From Methanobrevibacter sp. (GTDB taxonomy: Archaea; Methanobacteriota; Methanobacteria; Methanobacteriales; Methanobacteriaceae), in assembly GCA_017459665.1 (NCBI GenBank), contig JAFUCN010000063.1:354-64353 (forward strand): a stretch of DNA of 64,000 bases. Reading direction: 5' to 3'. Shown here piece by piece: positions 29,079 to 39,490 of the stretch. The notes under the pieces were generated by a model, which was given only the letters and a program-made list of their open reading frames with translations, did not search any database and had not been told where the DNA came from. The first letter of the stretch is position 1; the number at the start of each line of letters is the position of its first letter. The translations under genes and the position numbers were made by a program.

Positions 29079-30776
29079 ATGTTTGATTTGGATAAACAGG
29101 CTGAAAATAGATTGACATTGAAATTAATTTTTCTGTTTGCATTAGTGTTAACCAGCGTCATTGTTTATCTAAATTCTACTCATGCAATTTTGGGTCATTC
29201 TTATAGAGATGTTTATTTTTACCTAATCGAAGCTTTAAGGATGTCTGGAGTTAGTATTGGTGGTTATGCTTATGTCAATTACTTGCCTCCATTTATACCA
29301 TTTCTAACATCACTTTTATTTAGATTGGGTTTTGTATCTGAAACAAGCATTTTTATCACTACTGGATTTTTCTTTTTTATTGGAATATTGGGAATTTTCA
29401 AACTCTTGAGATTAAGATTTAACAATTTTTATGCATTCTTCGGTTCTTTTTTATATGCCACATTGCTTATTAACATCAAATGGGTTGGAAATGGAACATT
29501 GGATATTCCGTTTGTGGCTTTGATGATTTGGGCATTGTATTTCTTTATTCAGGGGATGGAGAAAAATCAGAAATATTTCTATTTGGCGTTTCCGTTTGGT
29601 GTATTGAGCTTTTTTACAAAATACACTGGGGCCATAATATTCGGGGTCATGATTTTATATTTTATGAGTAGGACTAGAATAGCGTTCAACATTAAAAAGT
29701 ATTTTAAAAATATTTTTGGGGGAGTTATCGCAGGTATTGTAACTTCAATTCCATTTTTTGCATATTTCTTCTTAAATAACATTCCCTTAGGATTTATTAA
29801 TCAGGCTCAGGAAGTTTCATCTGAAAGTTCAATTTCATCAACTCATGCAGGCCAATTGGTGGGCAATGATTTATTTTTCTATTTAAAAGGATTAATTTAT
29901 GACATTTCAGCCAATGATTATGTGATTGGTGTATGTGTACTTGCAATATTTATTGTAGGTGTAATATTAACTATTTACATGTTTGGAGGAACATTTAAAA
30001 ATTCTTATAATAAAATAAAAGACACAAAATCTTTAATCTATAAGTATCCCGTTCCTGCAAAGCTGTTTTTTGTATTTATAATTATCTCATTTATTATGGT
30101 TATATTGTCATTTTTCACAGCCAGTTTGTTTTCTTTTATCTACTCTGAGCTATTGCTGTTTTCCGGAATGTTTATTTTGGCATATTCCATGACAAAAGTT
30201 ATCATTAACTATGATGATGTGGATAACGTATGGTTAAGTACATATCCGTATTTAGCTATCAATATTGCTATGGCGGGTTTGTTTTTATCCTATTTGATAT
30301 TTTTCTCAGCACACCTTACAAAAGCAGATAGGTATTTCACATCAATGGCTCCTGGATTCATATTTTTAGTAACATTGGTTGTTGAAATCTTGTTAGATAG
30401 AATCAAAGGAATTAAAATCAAAAAATTCAATTTAAAATATATTATTCCAATTTTTATAATGTTGCTGATGCTGTTTGCAACTGTCGACTATCTTGATGGT
30501 TACAGTGATGAGGGACTAGTAATAAATGAAAGAGATGCTGCTAATTGGATGGGTGATAAGGATGGCATTATCTACTCTGATAGGGGTCCAATTTATACTT
30601 GGTATTTGCAAAAAGAAGTTAACTATCCAACCAATTATCGTGACGGTTATATACTGAACCAGGAACTTGTTAATGACAGTGTTGATTATTATATTGGAAT
30701 GGATAAGGTCAACTTAACAAATTATAGTCCAGTTAAAGAATTTGGCCATGTTACTATCTATTATAGAAACTATTAA
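29079..30776 (+). CDS. GT-C fold membrane glycosyltransferase (ArnT/PMT-like), paralogue of the divergent neighbour
   Basis: RDVYFY, LPPFIP, NGTLD, FFTKYT, DRYF. Confidence 0.8.
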   Translation: MFDLDKQAENRLTLKLIFLFALVLTSVIVYLNSTHAILGHSYRDVYFYLIEALRMSGVSIGGYAYVNYLPPFIPFLTSLLFRLGFVSETSIFITTGFFFFIGILGIFKLLRLRFNNFYAFFGSFLYATLLINIKWVGNGTLDIPFVALMIWALYFFIQGMEKNQKYFYLAFPFGVLSFFTKYTGAIIFGVMILYFMSRTRIAFNIKKYFKNIFGGVIAGIVTSIPFFAYFFLNNIPLGFINQAQEVSSESSISSTHAGQLVGNDLFFYLKGLIYDISANDYVIGVCVLAIFIVGVILTIYMFGGTFKNSYNKIKDTKSLIYKYPVPAKLFFVFIIISFIMVILSFFTASLFSFIYSELLLFSGMFILAYSMTKVIINYDDVDNVWLSTYPYLAINIAMAGLFLSYLIFFSAHLTKADRYFTSMAPGFIFLVTLVVEILLDRIKGIKIKKFNLKYIIPIFIMLLMLFATVDYLDGYSDEGLVINERDAANWMGDKDGIIYSDRGPIYTWYLQKEVNYPTNYRDGYILNQELVNDSVDYYIGMDKVNLTNYSPVKEFGHVTIYYRNY

Positions 30777-31615
30777 AATGATCCTGCAACAAAAGCGACA
30801 AATGCAATCAACATTCCTATTTTTAGATATTTAGATACTTTAGCTGCAGTAACTTTATCTTGTGATTTTATTATTAAAAATGCAGAGTATAAGAATAGTA
30901 TTACCGCAATTGCAATCACGATTAGATAATAGAATCCAAAAATGTGATTGAAGTATAAAATAGGACATAATGCACTGTCGATAACAATTAATATTGCTGA
31001 AAGAATTGCAGGTATTTTAGCCCCAATCAAAATAGGCAATGTTCTGGCACCGTCTGCTTTGTCCCCTTCAATGTCTTCAATATCTTTTGCAAGTTCACGT
31101 GCAGTTGTCATTACAAATGCGAAAAATCCTAAATATAATGAAATCATGACAATATTAGGATTATTTATTGAAAATCCTCCAAAAACAAATCCAAAACCGG
31201 TCATGAATCCTACAGCTAGATTTCCAATAAGGGGAGTATATTTCAGTTTATAAGCATATAGGTATAAGATAACATCTGCAATAAGTACAATTATGAATGG
31301 AATCCAATTATTTGTCAGATAACTAATTAAGAACCCGCAAACAGTTCCGGCTGTAAATAGGAAATAGGCATAATTTCTTCCATTTTTAAGAGATATTCTG
31401 CCTGATGGAATTGGGCGTTCAGGTTTGTTGATTAAGTCAATATTGTAGTCAAAATAATCATTTATTACATTTCCTGCAGCAGTTTCAAAAAATACAGTAA
31501 TCATTGCAAGGATTACTGGGATACTTAATGTTTTATCAATTAAAGCTACTAGAATAATGGATATTGCACCCATTACTGCATTTCCAGGTCTCAATATTTC
31601 AATATAGGGATTCAT
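30773..31615 (-). CDS. Digeranylgeranylglyceryl phosphate synthase (UbiA family)
   Basis: NDYFDYNID, KPERPIPSG, RELAKDIEDIEGD. Confidence 0.88.
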   Translation of the reverse strand: MNPYIEILRPGNAVMGAISIILVALIDKTLSIPVILAMITVFFETAAGNVINDYFDYNIDLINKPERPIPSGRISLKNGRNYAYFLFTAGTVCGFLISYLTNNWIPFIIVLIADVILYLYAYKLKYTPLIGNLAVGFMTGFGFVFGGFSINNPNIVMISLYLGFFAFVMTTARELAKDIEDIEGDKADGARTLPILIGAKIPAILSAILIVIDSALCPILYFNHIFGFYYLIVIAIAVILFLYSAFLIIKSQDKVTAAKVSKYLKIGMLIAFVAFVAGSF

Positions 31616-32868
31616 TGGATTTCCTCAAGCAATTTAGCGAAATTTTTAGCAGTATTTTCCATGGAATATTCTTCTGCAAATTCATTTCCACTATATTTTA
31701 ATTCGTTATTATAATATTTTAAGTAGTAATCATAAATAGCTTTTTTTGCATCTTCAACTGTTGATACATGATAACCTACATTTGTCTTTTCAATTAAATC
31801 TTTTAGGGATCCTTCTTTGTATCCTATTGAATAAATTGGTTTTTTAGAGCCCATGTATTCATATACTTTCCCCGGAATAAACATTGTCTCGTTTTCATTC
31901 ATCCAAGAGACAAGCAGCAATACGTCACTGTTCATCTGATTTTGCAAAACTTCTTCATGGCTGATTTTGCCGTTTACATGAACTGCAGGTTCGATATTGT
32001 ACTTTTCACTTAATTCGTTAATGTTTCCAGAGTCTCCATAAAAATTAATTGAAATATTGTTTATATCAATTTTATTTTCATTATTTAACTGATTAAGCGC
32101 TTCAAATAAAATGGACGGGTCTCTTTTACCATTATATAATGATCCTGCATACATTAATGTTAACTTGTCGGTTGTCTGTGTTTGTTTAAGGCCTTTAAAG
32201 TCATCATTATCAAAACCTGAAACAATTGGTACAATTTTCTTATTCGGATGCAAGGTCGCTAATTTTTCTTTTGCAAGCGGTGTTGTTGTAGTTAGAGCGT
32301 CAGCTTTTGCAAATAACTTCAACTCCAGTCTCTTTTCAAAATAATTTCTAATTCTTGTATGATTAACGTATGGATTCAGATTCCATAAATCCCTTAAATC
32401 TGCAATCCAGGGGATGCCATATTTTTCTTTTAGAGTATAAGCAATTTTATGGGCAGTTATTGGAAAAGATGATGAAATAATGCCGTTAATTTCTTCACTT
32501 TCTATAATTTTTGAAGCCTTTTTCACGGCAGGTTTATACCAGTATTTCATTCCATCTGGATATGCAAACACTTCTCCTGCAAGGGATATTGCTTTGGATA
32601 ATAAATTATTTTGAGGAGTGTTTCCACTAAATTCTGTTTTATTTTCTTTTCCTTTGGATTTTGGCATGAATTTGGAAACCATGTCTTCATAATCGGTTTC
32701 AACTACTTTAATATCACCAATATGAACTGTTGGATTGCTGGTTTTTGGTGCAACAATAATGGGTTCCCAACCATATTCTGGAAGATACTTTGCAATTCCT
32801 TGCAACCTGTTTGATGCAACTTCGTTATTGTGATTATAAAAAAATGCAAGAAATAGAACTTTTTTCAT
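31612..32868 (-). CDS. GT4-like glycosyltransferase
   Basis: ADLRDLW, YAGSLY, PGKVYEY; 4-bp overlap with the DGGGP synthase start. Likely start ATG 32868. Confidence 0.85.
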   Translation of the reverse strand: MKKVLFLAFFYNHNNEVASNRLQGIAKYLPEYGWEPIIVAPKTSNPTVHIGDIKVVETDYEDMVSKFMPKSKGKENKTEFSGNTPQNNLLSKAISLAGEVFAYPDGMKYWYKPAVKKASKIIESEEINGIISSSFPITAHKIAYTLKEKYGIPWIADLRDLWNLNPYVNHTRIRNYFEKRLELKLFAKADALTTTTPLAKEKLATLHPNKKIVPIVSGFDNDDFKGLKQTQTTDKLTLMYAGSLYNGKRDPSILFEALNQLNNENKIDINNISINFYGDSGNINELSEKYNIEPAVHVNGKISHEEVLQNQMNSDVLLLVSWMNENETMFIPGKVYEYMGSKKPIYSIGYKEGSLKDLIEKTNVGYHVSTVEDAKKAIYDYYLKYYNNELKYSGNEFAEEYSMENTAKNFAKLLEEIQ

Positions 32869-32967
32869 TTTAATCAGTTTTCCATAACAATTAATTTTAT
32901 TAAGTATTATCAAATAACATTATATTAGTAATTTTATTTATAATTTAAATTATGAGCTGGTGTTATA

Positions 32968-34062
32968 TTGAGCAAAATTAAAATAGCTATTGTTGGAATA
33001 GGAAACTGTGCAAGTTCCCTTATTCAAGGAATACATTATTATGATGGTAAAAAGCCAGAAGATGCAATAGGACTTATGCACTGGGATATCGGAGGTTACA
33101 AACCTAGTGATATTGAAGTTGTTGCAGCTTTTGATGTTGACGCAAGGAAAGTTGGAAAAACAATTGATGAGGCAATTTTCGCAAAACCTAATTGTACAAC
33201 TGTTTTCCAAAAGGATATTCCAAAATATGACGTTAAAGTAAGCATGGGTCATGTTTTGGATGGTGTTGCAGAACACATGTCTAATTATGATGATGAATAC
33301 ACATTTGTTGTAAGTGATGAAGAGCCTGTTGATGTTGTAAGTGTATTGAAAGAAAGCGGTGCTGAAATATTGGTTAATTACTTGCCTGTGGGTTCTGAGG
33401 AAGCTGCAAGATACTATGCACAATGTGCTCTTGATGCTGAAATTGCATATGTAAACTGCATGCCCGTTTTCATTGTAAGTGACAGCGAATGGGATGCCAA
33501 ATTCAAAGCAAAAGGAATTCCTATTGTTGGTGACGATATCAAAGCTCAAATTGGTGCTACTATCACACACAGAACACTAGCTAGCTTATTCATGGATAGG
33601 GGCGTAAAATTAGACAGAACCTATCAAATCAATACTGGTGGTAACACTGACTTTTTAAACATGCTTAATCGTGAAAGACTGGATTCTAAAAAAGAATCTA
33701 AAACCGAAGCTGTTCAATCTGTTTTGGATGAAAGGATGGATGACAGAGACATCCACATTGGACCAAGTGACTATGTCCCATGGCAAAACGACAATAAGTT
33801 ATGTTTCCTTAGAATGGAAGGTCGTACATTTGGTGATGTTCCAATGAACATCGAATTAAGATTAAGTGTTGAAGACTCTCCAAACTCTGCAGGCTGCGTA
33901 ATTGATGCAGTTAGATGCTGTAAAATAGGGCTTGAAAGAGGTATTGGTGGTCAGTTAACTTCTATCTCATCTTATACTATGAAACATCCTCCAATTCAGT
34001 TTGATGATGATGTTGCATATGAAAATGTTGAAAAATTCATTTCCGGTGAATTGGAAAGATAA
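32968..34062 (+). CDS. ino1: myo-inositol-1-phosphate synthase
   Basis: GIGNCASSL, GDDIKAQIGAT, GGNTDFLN, DSPNSAG. Confidence 0.95.
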   Translation: MSKIKIAIVGIGNCASSLIQGIHYYDGKKPEDAIGLMHWDIGGYKPSDIEVVAAFDVDARKVGKTIDEAIFAKPNCTTVFQKDIPKYDVKVSMGHVLDGVAEHMSNYDDEYTFVVSDEEPVDVVSVLKESGAEILVNYLPVGSEEAARYYAQCALDAEIAYVNCMPVFIVSDSEWDAKFKAKGIPIVGDDIKAQIGATITHRTLASLFMDRGVKLDRTYQINTGGNTDFLNMLNRERLDSKKESKTEAVQSVLDERMDDRDIHIGPSDYVPWQNDNKLCFLRMEGRTFGDVPMNIELRLSVEDSPNSAGCVIDAVRCCKIGLERGIGGQLTSISSYTMKHPPIQFDDDVAYENVEKFISGELER

Positions 34063-34111
34063 TTTTTTCAATTTTTTCTATCTTTTTTTTGAATTTTGAA
34101 TTTATTTTTTT
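34063..34111 (+). terminator. Archaeal poly-T terminator region
   Basis: Several T5-T8 runs immediately after the ino1 stop. Confidence 0.55.
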
Positions 34112-34272
34112 CATTTCTACTTTATTTGATATTTTTTCTAGTTTTTAGTTAATTTTTAGGTGATATTTTCTTAATCTGTTCAATGTTAATATTTTATATA
34201 TTAATAAGAACATATATTATAGTTGAATATTTTATGATTATATATTAAATAAAAATAAAAGAGGTGTAACAA

Positions 34273-35985
34273 ATGGCAAAAGTGAGATTTACAGAAACAG
34301 CACTTCGTGACGCTCACCAATCTCTACTTGCAACTAGGATGAGAACTAGGGACATGATTCCTATTGCTGAAGAAATGGATAAAGTCGGTTATTTTTCAGT
34401 AGAAGCTTGGGGTGGAGCTACTTTTGATACTTGTATTAGATATTTAAACGAAGATCCTTGGGAAAGATTAAGACAATTAAAATCCGAATTCAACAAAACT
34501 CCGATTCAAATGCTTTTAAGAGGACAGAACCTCGTTGGATACAAACATTATCCTGATGATATTGTAACTAAATTTGTTGAAAAATCATATGAAAACGGTG
34601 TAGATATTTTCAGAGTTTTCGATGCTTTAAATGATATCAGAAACATGGAAAAAGCAATTAAAGTTGCTAAAGACCAAGGAGCTCATGTACAAGGAACAAT
34701 CAGTTATACAATCAGCCCTGTTCACACATTAGATGATTTTGTTGACCTTGCAAAAAACTTAGAAGCGCTTGACTGTGATTCAGTTGCAATTAAAGATATG
34801 GCTGGATTAATTACTCCTACTGCAGCTTACGAATTAGTATCAAAATTAAAAGAAGAAACTGATTTGCTTGTAGACTTGCACTGTCATTGTACCAGTGGTA
34901 TGACTCCAATCAGCTACTATGCGGCATGTCAGGCCGGAGTCGATATTTTAGATACTGCAATTTCACCTCTCGCTTGGGGAACAAGCCAACCACCTACAGA
35001 AAGTATGGTTGCAGCTCTTCAAGGAACCGAATTTGATACTGGTCTTGATTTAAAATTATTAACTCACATTAAAAAATACTTTGAAGACATTAAAGAAAAA
35101 TACTTAGGTATTCTTGATCCAATTTCTGAAAGTATTGATGCAGATGTACTGTTATACCAAATCCCTGGTGGTATGCTTTCAAACCTTATTTCACAACTCA
35201 AAGAACAAAATGCACTTGACAGATACAATGATGTTCTTGAAGAAATGCCTCGTGTTAGAAAAGACATGGGATACCCACCTCTTGTAACTCCAACAAGTCA
35301 AATTGTTGGAATTCAGTCTGTAATGAATGTTTTAGGTGGAGAAAGGTATAAAACTGTATCCAATGAAGTTAAAGAATACATGAAAGGAATGTATGGTAAA
35401 CCACCGGCTCCAGTTGATGAAGAAATTTCAAAAAGAATCATTGGGGACGATGAAGTAATTACCTGCAGGCCTGCAGACTTGCTTGAACCTGAATTTGACA
35501 AATTCAAATCCGAAGGAATGGAAAAAGGTTTCGTCAAAACTGATGAAGATGCATTGACTTACGCTTTATATCCTCCAATCGCTCCAAAATTCCTTAAAGG
35601 TGAAGCTGAAGAGGAAGAACTCAAACCACCTCACTCACTCACAGAGGATGAAACTATTGGAATTCCAACCCAATATAATGGTGAAGTTGATGGGGATGTA
35701 TTTGAAGTTAAAATCATGCCTACTGGATTTATGGAAATCGAAGAAACTGACAGCGGTAACTTCCAGCCTGTTGAAGGTGCAGTTTCCTCTCCAATGCAAG
35801 GTATGGTAATTAAACTCAATGTCAACGTTGGAGATAAAGTCACACAAGGTTCCACTATCGCAGTAATTGAAGCAATGAAAATGGAAAACGACATCCAATC
35901 AGAAGTTGATGGTGTTGTAGAAGAAATCTTCGTTGAACCTGGTGATGCAGTAAGTATCGGTGATACTTTAATGGTAATCAAATAG
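34273..35985 (+). CDS. pycB: Pyruvate carboxylase subunit B (carboxyltransferase plus biotin carrier)
   Basis: LRDAHQSL, WGGATFD, IKDMAG, HCH, EAMKM biotinylation motif. Confidence 0.95.
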   Translation: MAKVRFTETALRDAHQSLLATRMRTRDMIPIAEEMDKVGYFSVEAWGGATFDTCIRYLNEDPWERLRQLKSEFNKTPIQMLLRGQNLVGYKHYPDDIVTKFVEKSYENGVDIFRVFDALNDIRNMEKAIKVAKDQGAHVQGTISYTISPVHTLDDFVDLAKNLEALDCDSVAIKDMAGLITPTAAYELVSKLKEETDLLVDLHCHCTSGMTPISYYAACQAGVDILDTAISPLAWGTSQPPTESMVAALQGTEFDTGLDLKLLTHIKKYFEDIKEKYLGILDPISESIDADVLLYQIPGGMLSNLISQLKEQNALDRYNDVLEEMPRVRKDMGYPPLVTPTSQIVGIQSVMNVLGGERYKTVSNEVKEYMKGMYGKPPAPVDEEISKRIIGDDEVITCRPADLLEPEFDKFKSEGMEKGFVKTDEDALTYALYPPIAPKFLKGEAEEEELKPPHSLTEDETIGIPTQYNGEVDGDVFEVKIMPTGFMEIEETDSGNFQPVEGAVSSPMQGMVIKLNVNVGDKVTQGSTIAVIEAMKMENDIQSEVDGVVEEIFVEPGDAVSIGDTLMVIK

Positions 35986-36086
35986 ATTACCTCAAATTTC
36001 TTTTTTTAGTTATTTTAACATTACTTATACCTTTAAATACTTATTTTTCAAAAGAATTCTATAATAATTAATTTGGCAGTGATATT

Positions 36087-37085
36087 ATGAAAGATATTTT
36101 TGATGAATGTCAACTTGGAGATTTAAAACTTAACAGCCGTATTGTAAGAACCGGAACCTGGGAAACAGAAACAGAAGAAGGAGGATTTCTAACTCCTGCA
36201 ATATATGACAGATATGAGAAAATTGCAAGTAGTGGGACAGGTCTGATTGTATCTGAAATATTCGCACTTGATCACAAGGACAGATTTTTTGAATATTCCA
36301 CAAACATGAACTACAGAGGGTTCATGAAGGATTATCAGATGGTAACGGATATAGTTCACAAATACAATGTGCCTATTTTGGGGCAGTTGGCGTTTTTCTA
36401 TTATGATGATGGTGACAATCAGAAGGTAGAAGCTAATGAAATCCAATTGGAAGGAATTAGAAAACTGCAGGCAGAAGTAGTTATGGCTGCTAAAAAATTC
36501 TCATTTGCAGGTTTTGATGGAATTCAAATCAACATGGGAAATAATTTCTATCTTGCAAGATTCATGAATCCTTATTTTAACCAAAGGGATGACAAGTATG
36601 GTGGAAGCACTGAAAATCGTGTAAGAATATCTTCTGAGATTATCAAAGTCATCAAAAGCACTATGGATATGCATGTAAGCTGCAGAATCAATCCATGGGA
36701 TGTCAGAAAGGGTGGAATAACTGCTGATGAAAGTATAGCTATTGCAAAAGAGCTTGAAAATGCTGGCGCTGACAGCATCCAGTTAACAGCAAGAACAATC
36801 TCTTATCTTTATGATGGGAAAGAAAAACATCCTTTTTTAGTGTATGTTGATGATTTGATTGATGCAATTGATATTCCAGTAATTTTAGGTGGAAACTCTA
36901 GGGATATGAAATCCATGAATGATATCTTAAATCACAGTGAAGTGGAGTTCATGTCAATGTCCAAACCGTTTGTAGCTCAGGCGGACTTTTTAGCAGACTG
37001 GAAAGCAAACGGTGAGGGTGTATCAATTTGTCAAAGCTGTAATAACTGTTACAGTAAAAAGAAAAGTACTTGTTTTAAATATTAA
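36087..37085 (+). CDS. NADH:flavin oxidoreductase / old yellow enzyme-like protein with divergent active site
   Basis: AGFDGIQIN, NQRDDKYGGSTENR, C-terminal CQSCNNC. Confidence 0.82.
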   Translation: MKDIFDECQLGDLKLNSRIVRTGTWETETEEGGFLTPAIYDRYEKIASSGTGLIVSEIFALDHKDRFFEYSTNMNYRGFMKDYQMVTDIVHKYNVPILGQLAFFYYDDGDNQKVEANEIQLEGIRKLQAEVVMAAKKFSFAGFDGIQINMGNNFYLARFMNPYFNQRDDKYGGSTENRVRISSEIIKVIKSTMDMHVSCRINPWDVRKGGITADESIAIAKELENAGADSIQLTARTISYLYDGKEKHPFLVYVDDLIDAIDIPVILGGNSRDMKSMNDILNHSEVEFMSMSKPFVAQADFLADWKANGEGVSICQSCNNCYSKKKSTCFKY

Positions 37086-37114
37086 AATAAAAAGGGATTT
37101 AGAGTATGAAAACT

Positions 37115-37363
37115 CTATAATCCATATTTAAATTTAATTCTATATTCCTGGTTAACGGATTCGGTTTGAATATATTCTCCCTTAACTAATTCGGAAATTT
37201 TTGCCAAATCATCATCAGAGATATTTTCATCGTCAGATAATGGTAAGAAGAATGTGATTTCATCATCTACGATTAAATAATTTAAAAGTTTTGTTTCTCT
37301 TTTTTGGTATTTGCCAATAATCTCTTCAATTTCTGATTCAATATTTTTGTCCAAATTTGCCAT
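37115..37363 (-). CDS. Hypothetical acidic protein
   Basis: ATG 37363 lies just after the fprA stop, with AGGTGA upstream. Confidence 0.6.
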   Translation of the reverse strand: MANLDKNIESEIEEIIGKYQKRETKLLNYLIVDDEITFFLPLSDDENISDDDLAKISELVKGEYIQTESVNQEYRIKFKYGL

Positions 37364-37364
37364 T

Positions 37365-38591
37365 TTATTCACCTTTAATTGATTTTGCAAGTTCTACTCC
37401 TTTTTCGAATGCTTCTTCATAGATGTCTTCATCAGGTACGAATACAGCATCCATTGTATCGAAAATTGTAAATCCTGCACTTTCTAAGCCTTCTTGAAGT
37501 TTTTTAACAGCTCCTCCACCCCATCCTTTGGATGAAAATATTAATGCATTTTTTTCACTTGTTGTGCCTTTAAAATTAAGGCAGTCTAACCAATACATTA
37601 TATTTCCAATTCTAGGGAAAGGTTTGTTCATCATTGTAGGAGCACCTAAAGCTATTGCTTTTGAATCTAGGATATCAGTTACAATTTCAGATTCAAAATC
37701 GGTTTCAGTATGATACATTACGGCTTCAACACCTTCGCTCATAATTCCTTCAGCTATTTGGAAAGCTAATTTCTCTGTTGAGTGGTGCATTGTATCATAT
37801 ATGATTGTAATTTTATCGTCACATACTCCACTTGCCCAATCAGAATAAGCTGAAACTATCTTAGATGGATCTTTCCAGATTTGACCATGGCATGGTGCAA
37901 TCATCTTGATTTGCTCAACTATTCCTGCATCAGTCAACTCCTGCAATTTCATTCTAAGCATCGGTGCTCCAAGAACTACCAGATTGGCATAGAATTTTTT
38001 TGAAGCTTCCATAATAAAGTCTTCAGAGTAATCTTCAGCATATCTTTTAGATAAACATAAATGTTGTCCAAATGCATCATTTGAAAATAATATTCCACTT
38101 TCTTTAAGCATTACAAACATGCTGTCTGGCCAGTGAAGCATTGGTGCTGAAACAACTGCCAAAGTTTTATCGCCTAAATTGATTTCATCACCAGTTTTTA
38201 CAGTTGTAATTTCAACATCTGAGTAATTATGATATTGTTTTTCTAAAAATTCGGCTCCTTTTGGAGATGCATAAACTTCAGCATCAGGATATTTTGATAT
38301 TGTCTCTCTAAGTCCAATCGAATGATCAAGTTCGGTATGGCATTGGATAAACACATCAATTTTTTGCTCCCGACCTTCCTTTGCAAATGCATCTTCAATT
38401 CTCGCATTCAACTGATTTATCATTCCATCGGAGAATACATTATCGATTAATGCTACTTTTTCATCACCAAATACAAGATAACAGTTGTATGTTGTTCCAG
38501 GTATTGCAAAACCGTGGAAACTTCTTGTGTTCCAGTGGAGTGCACCTACCCAGTATACTCCATCGGCTATTTTTACAGATTCCGCTTTCAT
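37365..38591 (-). CDS. fprA: Flavodiiron protein FprA (F420H2 oxidase-like)
   Basis: GTTYN, HTELDH, HWPD, SNDAFG, PCHG; flavodoxin domain YDTMHHST and GWGGGA. Confidence 0.93.
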   Translation of the reverse strand: MKAESVKIADGVYWVGALHWNTRSFHGFAIPGTTYNCYLVFGDEKVALIDNVFSDGMINQLNARIEDAFAKEGREQKIDVFIQCHTELDHSIGLRETISKYPDAEVYASPKGAEFLEKQYHNYSDVEITTVKTGDEINLGDKTLAVVSAPMLHWPDSMFVMLKESGILFSNDAFGQHLCLSKRYAEDYSEDFIMEASKKFYANLVVLGAPMLRMKLQELTDAGIVEQIKMIAPCHGQIWKDPSKIVSAYSDWASGVCDDKITIIYDTMHHSTEKLAFQIAEGIMSEGVEAVMYHTETDFESEIVTDILDSKAIALGAPTMMNKPFPRIGNIMYWLDCLNFKGTTSEKNALIFSSKGWGGGAVKKLQEGLESAGFTIFDTMDAVFVPDEDIYEEAFEKGVELAKSIKGE

Positions 38592-38607
38592 TTTATCACC
38601 TTTTTTA

Positions 38608-39375
38608 CTATTCCTTAAATTGTTTTAGGAAATAATCATTAAAATTTTTACAGATTGCAGCATATTTGTTGTTGACTCCAATTGCTGTTTCGGGAATAAT
38701 GGAATTATTTTCTCCTTTAAATTGCGCAAAGGTTCCAATCAGTTCTTTTTCATCACTTATTAACATCTTCATCATTGGAAGATCTCTTTGGATGATTTCA
38801 ATGTTTGATAATTTTGATTTTTCAAATAGTTCAATAAGTTCTATTTTTTCATCTTCTACATAACAGACTGGTTTTGCAATTATTCTAGTTTTTATATTTC
38901 TGGGATTTGTCCGAATAGCTTTAATCAGTTCTTGAGCCTCTCTTTTAAGTAAGAACCCAGCGCATAATGTTATTGATTTTTGAGTTTGTTTTATAAGTTC
39001 AATTTCTTTTTCAATAATGTTTTTTGGTGTGTGCATTAACCATACTGGAGCCTGAACTTCGGATATCTCATTAATATATAACTTTTCCAGTTTGTCTTCA
39101 CTTGTCTCTAATTCACTGATTAACTTTTCTTTTTCTTTTTTAAATATGGTGCTAGGTTCAATAACAGTATATTTCAAAGGTCTTTCCCTTTTAATTTCAA
39201 CAAACCCTTTCTTTTCAAGAATGTTCAGGATATCGTAGATTCTTGAGCGGGGCAAATCTGACACGTTAGCAATGTCATCTGCAGTGCCAGTTATTATTTT
39301 GTTAAGTCCTATATATGCTTGTGCTTCGTATCTGCTCAAACCTAGTTTTTTAAGAGAATTTATCATTTTTTCCAT
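38608..39375 (-). CDS. TrmB-family transcriptional regulator
   Basis: LGLSRYEAQAY, LPRSRIYDILNILEKKGFV, RPLKY, plus a C-terminal effector domain. Confidence 0.9.
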   Translation of the reverse strand: MEKMINSLKKLGLSRYEAQAYIGLNKIITGTADDIANVSDLPRSRIYDILNILEKKGFVEIKRERPLKYTVIEPSTIFKKEKEKLISELETSEDKLEKLYINEISEVQAPVWLMHTPKNIIEKEIELIKQTQKSITLCAGFLLKREAQELIKAIRTNPRNIKTRIIAKPVCYVEDEKIELIELFEKSKLSNIEIIQRDLPMMKMLISDEKELIGTFAQFKGENNSIIPETAIGVNNKYAAICKNFNDYFLKQFKE

Positions 39376-39490
39376 TTAATGACTTCCATAATAAGTTCTG
39401 GGTTTAGATTTCGAAATTATTCTATTAATAAATTTTGTCACTTATTATACTAATTTAGTGACATGTTTTAAAAGTAGTTTGAGTGGATAA

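Noticed and set aside
32950-33570. 206-aa minus-strand ORF and similar antisense ORFs (e.g. 1559..2065, 57892..58329, 60329..60772)
   Set aside because: They lie opposite well-supported genes and show shadow-ORF composition.
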